Positions 57,947 through 64,000 of a DNA stretch of 64,000 bases are shown here, piece by piece. Made by a program: the position numbers and the translations under genes. A model generated the notes under the pieces. That model made no database searches and was not told where the DNA came from. It was given only the letters and a program-made list of their open reading frames with translations. How positions within the stretch are numbered: the stretch's first letter is position 1; every line of letters starts with the position of its first letter. The stretch comes from a virus. The stretch covers positions 18,262 to 82,261 of the IMG/VR virus record IMGVR_UViG_3300020182_000022; one strand, 5' to 3'.

Positions 57947-57957
57947 TCTCTTATAAT
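57929..57957 (+). promoter_or_regulatory. sigma70-type promoter
   Basis: TTGCGT-17-TATAAT-7-ATG(57965). Confidence 0.75.
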
Positions 57958-57964
57958 ACAAGTT

Positions 57965-58549
57965 ATGGACTCAATCGAGTTAGATAATTACAGCTTACAT
58001 GTTATAAATTTCGAATCTATATTCACGCGCGCGTACAAGTGTATTGTTGACGATTTGTTCACGTATGACAAGTTTCATGATCATAACGTGAGATCACAAG
58101 ACACTAAGCGTATATACTATTATCATCTGATCAAGACCATATGTGATGTTGTTATTGAGACTAAAACTACGAACAAGATTGTGATATATTATTGTGAGAA
58201 GGATGTCAAGTGTGATTTCAAGTCCTGTATCAATTCTAGAACTCGCAAAGGTGGTGATAATGATAATAGATCAGACTTTGTGTTGTTCATGAATCGATTT
58301 TTCAAGCAGATCAAAACCATGATACCGGTTCGCGTGTTTATTGGTGATGTCAAGTTCAATACGTTTGTTCAATATTACAACACCAACAAAGGGAAATACA
58401 TTGAAGTGATCAACGAGTTGAGGAACATCACAAGCAAGCCTAATTTTAATTTCTCCAAGCTCAAGAAATATAGTGACAAATATAAATTGATTTATATAAG
58501 CAAGGATTATCTCAATCAAGTGAAAGTTAAGTCGATTATGTATAAATAA
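57965..58549 (+). CDS. Hypothetical early protein
   Basis: 194 aa with its own sigma70 promoter. Confidence 0.7.
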   Translation: MDSIELDNYSLHVINFESIFTRAYKCIVDDLFTYDKFHDHNVRSQDTKRIYYYHLIKTICDVVIETKTTNKIVIYYCEKDVKCDFKSCINSRTRKGGDNDNRSDFVLFMNRFFKQIKTMIPVRVFIGDVKFNTFVQYYNTNKGKYIEVINELRNITSKPNFNFSKLKKYSDKYKLIYISKDYLNQVKVKSIMYK

Positions 58550-58553
58550 TATT

Positions 58554-59141
58554 ATGAAACGTGATTTTAACAGTTCAATTCAGCATGCTCGGAGCAAGTA
58601 TCTCCCAACAGTTACTGAGAAATCTGACAGCATGAGCAACAAGACTAACAATTTGATTGAAGGTATGATGAATGATTTAGCTGGTAGTGTGAAGAAAGGT
58701 ATAAATAAAGTAGCTGGTGCTACTCAAAAGATTCGTACATTCGCACAGAATCAAAAACACGGTGGTACATTCGGGGCGATGAGCAGTGCTGGTATGTTTG
58801 ACCCCAAAGGAGACAGTCAAAAGGTTAGAGCAGAATGGGACAAGTTGGATGCTGGTGCCAGAAAGGCATGGGAGCAAAAGGGAAAAGATTTCACTCCTCC
58901 ACAGGAGGGAAAAGATTATTTCTATAATTTTAAAATGCAGGCACTCGCGAAAGATAAAACGCGCGCGGCTGAAGGGAAATCACCACCAACCGGTGGTGGG
59001 ACTCAAACCCAACAAACTCCAGCACAACAAGAGCAAGCTTGGAGAGATTCATTTAGAAACAACCCTACCATACAACAACAAGCTCAAGCCAACAACATGG
59101 ACGAGGATAAATACGTACAGTTCATGAAAGCACAACAATAA
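58554..59141 (+). CDS. Hypothetical late protein
   Basis: TATAAATA at 58541-58548, 5 nt upstream; VTE and LIE sites near the N-terminus. Confidence 0.7.
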   Translation: MKRDFNSSIQHARSKYLPTVTEKSDSMSNKTNNLIEGMMNDLAGSVKKGINKVAGATQKIRTFAQNQKHGGTFGAMSSAGMFDPKGDSQKVRAEWDKLDAGARKAWEQKGKDFTPPQEGKDYFYNFKMQALAKDKTRAAEGKSPPTGGGTQTQQTPAQQEQAWRDSFRNNPTIQQQAQANNMDEDKYVQFMKAQQ

Positions 59142-59152
59142 TAATTTAATAT

Positions 59153-59515
59153 ATGAAAAAGTTCACACATCTAATAGAAGAACACCTTCGCGTTTTAAAC
59201 GAAGAGGATCCAGCATTACCACCAGCTGATCCAGCCGCGGCACCAGTTGACCCAGCTGCTGCTCCTGTACCAGAAGAGACTCCAGAGAGTGCAATTCCGG
59301 ATGAAGAGAGTGAAGGTCAAGAAGACACAGCAGTGTTGAAAGTCAATTATGTTGAGATGATACGCAAAGCATTGATCATGGCTCCTAAGCATATTGATGA
59401 TGTTGATTATGCCAAGTTGACCAAGGTTGTTGACACAGAGAATCTAGAAGAGATGCAAGAGTTGGTTAGTCGTATTGTGAAGAACAATTATCCACATTCA
59501 GATTTTGAAGTATGA
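59153..59515 (+). CDS. Hypothetical protein with capsid-targeting-like N-terminus
   Basis: MKKFTHLIEEHLRVLNE, then DPAAAP repeats. Confidence 0.75.
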   Translation: MKKFTHLIEEHLRVLNEEDPALPPADPAAAPVDPAAAPVPEETPESAIPDEESEGQEDTAVLKVNYVEMIRKALIMAPKHIDDVDYAKLTKVVDTENLEEMQELVSRIVKNNYPHSDFEV

Positions 59516-61077
59516 GCGATCGTGATTTAAGAAATTTATATGAGAATGTTCGGCGCGGTGACGAGTATGTTGCACCGAAACGCGAGAGTGAATTATATTC
59601 TCACGTGTTAAATAACCAAGAGAATAATAACGTGATCGAAGAGGCGACAGTTACTGTTACACTTACAGACGGTACGACACAAACGGTTGAAATAACAGAT
59701 AGTAATGCGAAGGAATTACAAAATGTATTAAAATTACCATTAGACAGAAACTCAGCATTTTTTAAAACAAATGACGGATGGGACTCTTATCGAACTACTC
59801 AAGATCAAGCTCATGAGCTGAGCCGCGAGACAGGATCAATCGCCGATAAGGGTAGGTTACTGAAGAAGATTAAAATGAGAGCGGCAGAATCTACTGCAAT
59901 TGCGAACGTACAGGAGCGTACTTTAAGTGATGTTGTACAGGATTTGCTTAAATTTGTTATGGATACCGCTGACCGAACGATGAAAATAGAGGGAGAATCG
60001 ATCAATCAAAGCGTCAAGGCTAATCAAATAATGAGCCAGATCGAGAGCGGTGTTTTGCAGAGAGAATTAATCGGTTTTATGGGTAGTGTAGGTAAAAGTA
60101 AGTTCAATCTATGGGCTCCATTAGAGGGTAAACAGTCCACTCATACTTCAGGTGCTCAGCCAATACACTTCGATTTGGAACGAAACCCAGATATGAAATA
60201 TTTAAAGCCGTTTGATGAGGCAAAGAAGGCTAGAGGAGCTGCAGGCCCGGGTGAATCTCTACTATCATTCATATATGGAGGTCAAAAACCGGATGGAGCG
60301 GGTGATATACAACTCAACTCTAATACAGAACATACAATAGAATTGAAATTTAACCAGGGCAGGATAGGCAAGGGTATCAAAGGTGCGAAGCCTAAGAGTG
60401 TGACAGCTCTGTTTATCAAGGGCATTGACCAAGCGATGGCTTATTTTGGTGGTAACAATAAGAATAACCCTATATATAAAGTACAAAATCCGATGGGTGA
60501 AGACGAGTATTTAACGTATGAAAAATTAAAGAACTTAAGTGAAGACGAGCATTATAAGATATATTTCAACGCCAGCACCGGTTTGCCACTTGCAAAACTA
60601 AAAATTAAGCAAAGTGAAGTTGCTGGAGCGTTTGCTCATGGTAGTTCGGTTAAAATCAACACAGAAGATGGCGATCAGACCGTCCCGGTCGATCAGATGA
60701 CTGTTCAACAATTTAAAGATGCATTCTCTGGAATTCAAGAAACTGGAAAATATAAAGACGAGCCTTGGGCTGTTGTTAATTATGGGGGTGAGTTTTTGAG
60801 TGAACTGCTCGTGGATGCACTAAAACAAATACCAGGTAATACTGATAAAAATAGAGTAGAGAATCTCATTGGTGTTTTTCACCTTAAGAACTACCTGACA
60901 CACATTGCTAAATTCAAGTGGTTGGTTGTTTATAATGAGAGCGGTGATGCAGTATCAGTAACATCTGATGATATACTAAAACTCGATCCAATACCACTAC
61001 TCACTAGATTGGGTGAGTCCGGACTTAAATTTTACCCACGTGATGATGCGTCTGGGTTTGATATTCGTTTTATATAA
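59512..61077 (+). CDS. Putative PD-(D/E)xK nuclease-fold late protein
   Basis: GAAGPGESLL...GAGDIQL...IELKF; ATGA overlap with the previous gene. Confidence 0.6.
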   Translation: MSDRDLRNLYENVRRGDEYVAPKRESELYSHVLNNQENNNVIEEATVTVTLTDGTTQTVEITDSNAKELQNVLKLPLDRNSAFFKTNDGWDSYRTTQDQAHELSRETGSIADKGRLLKKIKMRAAESTAIANVQERTLSDVVQDLLKFVMDTADRTMKIEGESINQSVKANQIMSQIESGVLQRELIGFMGSVGKSKFNLWAPLEGKQSTHTSGAQPIHFDLERNPDMKYLKPFDEAKKARGAAGPGESLLSFIYGGQKPDGAGDIQLNSNTEHTIELKFNQGRIGKGIKGAKPKSVTALFIKGIDQAMAYFGGNNKNNPIYKVQNPMGEDEYLTYEKLKNLSEDEHYKIYFNASTGLPLAKLKIKQSEVAGAFAHGSSVKINTEDGDQTVPVDQMTVQQFKDAFSGIQETGKYKDEPWAVVNYGGEFLSELLVDALKQIPGNTDKNRVENLIGVFHLKNYLTHIAKFKWLVVYNESGDAVSVTSDDILKLDPIPLLTRLGESGLKFYPRDDASGFDIRFI

Positions 61078-62405
61078 TGAACTTTAAAAAATTTAACAGA
61101 ATATTAGAAGAAGGAGGAGCGTATGGTCACATGGCGAATGTACATGAAGATTACACTCTACAATTTGAAGACCTTCAAAACATAATCAGACAAGCACTCA
61201 CTGGAGGCATTCAAGGCACTATCAAGGAGAAGACAGACGGTCAAGCATTAGCAGTTGGATACAGAGCTGGTATAGTTAGATTTGCTCGTAACAAAGGACA
61301 TTACAGAGGATTCGGTAAAGACAGTATCAAAGGTAGCAAAGGTGTTATCAATTTCTTTAAAGATCATCCAAATGAAAACGTCAAAGAGGCATTCAGTTTT
61401 GCAGCTAAAGATTTAGAGAAAGCCATTCAAGCATTGAGTGACAAGCAAAAACAATTGTTGTTCGGAGATGGTAAAAGATGGATCAATATAGAAGTAATCT
61501 GGCCTGCTACTGTGAATGTGATTCCATACAATCATGAATTGTTGGTGTTACACAACTTCAGAGAGTATGATGAAGAAGGTAATGTGTTAGATGGAGACTT
61601 TGATGAATATGGACGCATGATGGCGGGTATGATCAAGCAAGTCAATCAGGATGTTCAAAACAAATTCACAATCACTAGCATGCCAATGTTAAAACTTCCG
61701 CAAGTGAGTAACTTCGAAGCTAGTCAAGATGAGTATTTGTCCACTATCAACAATATAATGAGTCAATATCAGTTGAACCCTACTAATACAATAGGAGACT
61801 ACTGGGTAAGCTACATGTCACAGGCTATCGCTAATGGCGCTAAACAGTTTAACTATATTGTTCAACCAGATGCTCTCAGGAAAGTTGCATTGAGATGGGC
61901 ATACAAAGGATTAACACCAGGTAAACGACCTAGAGAATATAACGCTACAGCGCTAAAGAATATAGGTGAATTGAAGGCTGCAGTTGACAATATGGAATTT
62001 GTACAATGGGTCAGTGCTACTGAGAAGAGTGGTGAGTTGAAAGGATTGTTTGATAATATGAACGATCCGCTCAAGACATTGTTTCTCAAGCTTGGTGTGC
62101 AGCTCAATAAAAATATTTCCAATCTACTCACATTGAATCCAGATGAAGCAGTTCAGGATATCAGGAGAGGTATTGAGGAAGTCACTAGAGAGATTGAATC
62201 TACCGGTGACATGACTCTTATGGCTAAGTTGCAGAAAGAACTCAACATGATTGAAAAGTTAGGTGGGCTCAAGGAGATTGTACCTACTGAAGGATTGACC
62301 TTCACATACACACCTAAAGGTACAGATGAGCAGAAGATTTATAAATTCACAGGTATATTTGCACCAGTGAATCAGATTTTAGGCAGTTTGAAGTTCGCTA
62401 GGTAG
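61077..62405 (+). CDS. Ligase-like nucleotidyltransferase with capsid-targeting-like N-terminus
   Basis: MNFKKFNRILEE-GGAYGHM; EKTDG (motif I KxDG), FARN, NIEV, EGLTF, YKFTG. Confidence 0.6.
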   Translation: MNFKKFNRILEEGGAYGHMANVHEDYTLQFEDLQNIIRQALTGGIQGTIKEKTDGQALAVGYRAGIVRFARNKGHYRGFGKDSIKGSKGVINFFKDHPNENVKEAFSFAAKDLEKAIQALSDKQKQLLFGDGKRWINIEVIWPATVNVIPYNHELLVLHNFREYDEEGNVLDGDFDEYGRMMAGMIKQVNQDVQNKFTITSMPMLKLPQVSNFEASQDEYLSTINNIMSQYQLNPTNTIGDYWVSYMSQAIANGAKQFNYIVQPDALRKVALRWAYKGLTPGKRPREYNATALKNIGELKAAVDNMEFVQWVSATEKSGELKGLFDNMNDPLKTLFLKLGVQLNKNISNLLTLNPDEAVQDIRRGIEEVTREIESTGDMTLMAKLQKELNMIEKLGGLKEIVPTEGLTFTYTPKGTDEQKIYKFTGIFAPVNQILGSLKFAR

Positions 62406-62406
62406 C

Positions 62407-62748
62407 TTATTGCATCTTCGCACTAAGCTCTGCTTTTTTATCATCTAGATACTTACTAGACAAGTTTTTCATATCCTTAACCTGTTTAGGTAATTGTTTA
62501 CCAGTTGCTTTAGCTTCTTCCTCAGCTTCAGCAGTTTCAGTTGCAGCATTGATTGCAGTTTCAGTTGAACTCTCGACATCATCTACTTTCTCCTGTACGT
62601 TAGAATCGTTCCCAAGACATTTTCCAGCCTCTTCGCACTTCGATTCAGTTGAGCAATGAGAACACGGCTTGAATCCTGATTTCCCTTCAAATATATTCAT
62701 ATATGCATTCGCGAGTGCGTCAAAGTCCTTCTTGTGTGATGATGTCAT
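62407..62748 (-). CDS. Hypothetical late protein with 4-Cys motif
   Basis: DFDALANAYMNIFE-G..., CSHC...C...C; AATAAATA 5 nt upstream. Confidence 0.7.
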   Translation of the reverse strand: MTSSHKKDFDALANAYMNIFEGKSGFKPCSHCSTESKCEEAGKCLGNDSNVQEKVDDVESSTETAINAATETAEAEEEAKATGKQLPKQVKDMKNLSSKYLDDKKAELSAKMQ

Positions 62749-62759
62749 ACGTTTATTTA

Positions 62760-63032
62760 TTAGAATTTATCAGATATCGATGGATTTGGGTGATTTATTT
62801 GTGTACCTCCATCACCATGCTCAGGACCTTGTTCAATGTATTCAGCGTCAACACCGGGGTTGGACGTCACCATACCTGACACATTCATAACAGCCGTATC
62901 ATTACTAGGATTATACAAGTATAAATCCCATTCATTGTATGATTCTAGTTTTCCTTGTGAGTTAATCGCTTGTTTAACTGTTGGTGTTCCTGGAGACTTT
63001 TTCCTCCAATATGATTTACTTGTACCGGCCAT
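62760..63032 (-). CDS. Hypothetical late protein
   Basis: Start reassigned to MAGTSK at 63032, 5 nt after CATAAATA. Confidence 0.65.
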   Translation of the reverse strand: MAGTSKSYWRKKSPGTPTVKQAINSQGKLESYNEWDLYLYNPSNDTAVMNVSGMVTSNPGVDAEYIEQGPEHGDGGTQINHPNPSISDKF

Positions 63033-63091
63033 GTCATTATTTATGATAAAATCAGTAGATCTGTAATATGTTGAGTATAAATAGTATGTAT

Positions 63092-63271
63092 ATGAGCGAA
63101 TCACATAACACACTTTTGACTCTAGTCGAGTCCTATATTAGCGAGAATGAGAAGTTTTCTGAAAAAGGAAACAAAGCTGCTGGCACGCGTGCCCGTAAAG
63201 CTCTCATGGAGATCACTAAAATCTGCAAAGATCGCAGAAAAGAGATCCAAGAATCCAAGAATAGTGAGTAG
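63092..63271 (+). CDS. Hc1/histone-H1-like small basic DNA-binding protein
   Basis: KGNKAAGTRARKALMEITKICKDRRKEIQE; TATAAATA at 63076-63083. Confidence 0.8.
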   Translation: MSESHNTLLTLVESYISENEKFSEKGNKAAGTRARKALMEITKICKDRRKEIQESKNSE

Positions 63272-63290
63272 ACTATGATTAAATACTTCT

Positions 63291-63641
63291 ATGGACAATA
63301 GATCATGGAAGAAAGAAAGGGACCTTCTCTCTGAAGCCTACGGTAAAACTAAAACTGTAACTGAAGAAGAAGGTTTACCTGTATCTGGAGAAAATGAAGA
63401 ACCAATGGAAGAACCGATGGGTGATCCTGTTGATGCTATTATCGATGCGCAAAGAGAACCTGATGAAGTTGACGCTGAGATTGAGTCTTTAAAAAACTTA
63501 CTGTTAAATCCACCTGCTGCTAAAATTGAGGAATATGCAGATGCGGGTCAGTTACACGTGTATGTGGACATGCTCAAGAAAAAACTTGAAGCAGCCGAAG
63601 CTGTTCAAGCGGCTGTACGTGGTACAGAAGACAACACGTAA
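63291..63641 (+). CDS. Hypothetical acidic late protein
   Basis: ERDLLSEAY N-terminus; ATTAAATA 5 nt upstream. Confidence 0.7.
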   Translation: MDNRSWKKERDLLSEAYGKTKTVTEEEGLPVSGENEEPMEEPMGDPVDAIIDAQREPDEVDAEIESLKNLLLNPPAAKIEEYADAGQLHVYVDMLKKKLEAAEAVQAAVRGTEDNT

Positions 63642-63643
63642 AA

Positions 63644-63799
63644 TTACTCCCGGGTAGGAGACAACACATACAATGTGTATATGGTCAGTACGCCGATCAA
63701 TACTAATAAAGGTCCGTTGAGTTGATGAGAGGCATGCTCGCATGCTCCACCAGTACATTCAATAAGTTTTGGGTCTATTTTGTCAAATATAGTTTTCAT
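63644..63799 (-). CDS. Small membrane peptide (51 aa)
   Basis: Below the track cut-off: MKTIFDKIDPKLIECTGGACEHASHQLNGPLLVLIGVLTIYTLYVLSPTRE, directly after folE. Confidence 0.5.
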   Translation of the reverse strand: MKTIFDKIDPKLIECTGGACEHASHQLNGPLLVLIGVLTIYTLYVLSPTRE

Positions 63800-63811
63800 T
63801 TTTTTAAGTTC

Positions 63812-64000
63812 CTATCTTTTTAAATCTCTTACAAAATCGTAAAACTCTTGTCGTGTGTTGATATCTTTACGATCTAAAAAGGCACCGCTCATTCTTGCAG
63901 TCTTCATCGTACTGTCGTGTTTAACACCTCGTACACATGCACACAAGTGGTTTGCTTCGATTAATACAGCAACACCTCTGTTACCTTCACAAACACTGTC
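63812..64000 (-). CDS. folE: GTP cyclohydrolase I (3' end; 5' part outside the window)
   Basis: Manual translation DSVCEGNRGVAVLIEANHLCACVRGVKHDSTMKTARMSGAFLDRKDINTRQEFYDFVRDLKR-stop matches the FolE C-terminus (GVAVxIEAxHxCxxxRGV...G.F...R.EF). Confidence 0.92.
   Translation of the reverse strand, partial: DSVCEGNRGVAVLIEANHLCACVRGVKHDSTMKTARMSGAFLDRKDINTRQEFYDFVRDLKR

Noticed and set aside
1-64000. tRNA, rRNA or CRISPR loci and alternative genetic code
   Set aside because: Intergenic gaps are under about 80 nt and occupied by promoters or terminators; no cloverleaf seen by eye; core genes are intact with TAA, TAG and TGA all used as stops.

Overview
A 64-kb, gene-dense, AT-rich fragment of a large T4-like (myovirus) phage genome in standard genetic code. 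Left part (1-27.8 kb): tail, baseplate and packaging genes (PKD/beta-propeller protein, gp6, gp25, gp27-like hub, gp53, gp48-like, tape measure, two gp26-like genes, gp54-like, tube gp19, an enlarged sheath gp18, gp3, terminase gp17, probable gp16, neck gp14), plus clamp loader and dUTPase. Middle (30-54.5 kb, minus strand): replication/recombination genes (primase, RNase H, clamp, gp32, DHH phosphoesterase, gp41, UvsX, family-B polymerase, gp46/47, late sigma gp55, UvsW, UvsY), interleaved with QueC, a class-II glutamine amidotransferase, two glycosyltransferases and an NRS/ER-type rhamnose reductase. The 3' end of FolE lies at the right edge. Right part (54.6-63.6 kb): late genes whose products start with T4 internal-protein-like capsid-targeting peptides. 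Main hunting results: (1) a large family of putative capsid-targeted cargo proteins, including one with a twin-arginine (Tat) signal directly behind the predicted protease site, a ligase-like nucleotidyltransferase, a PD-(D/E)xK nuclease-like protein and a modular polyprotein joined at a repeated 25-bp junction; (2) sigma70 and gp55 promoters placed 5-10 nt before start codons, implying largely leaderless, SD-free translation, with gp32 as a G-free-leader exception; (3) a stand-alone, extein-less HINT domain with its own late promoter in the baseplate module; (4) a QueC-GATase-glycosyltransferase cluster suggesting 7-deazaguanine DNA modification. All protein calls are from motif recognition by eye; no database searches were run.
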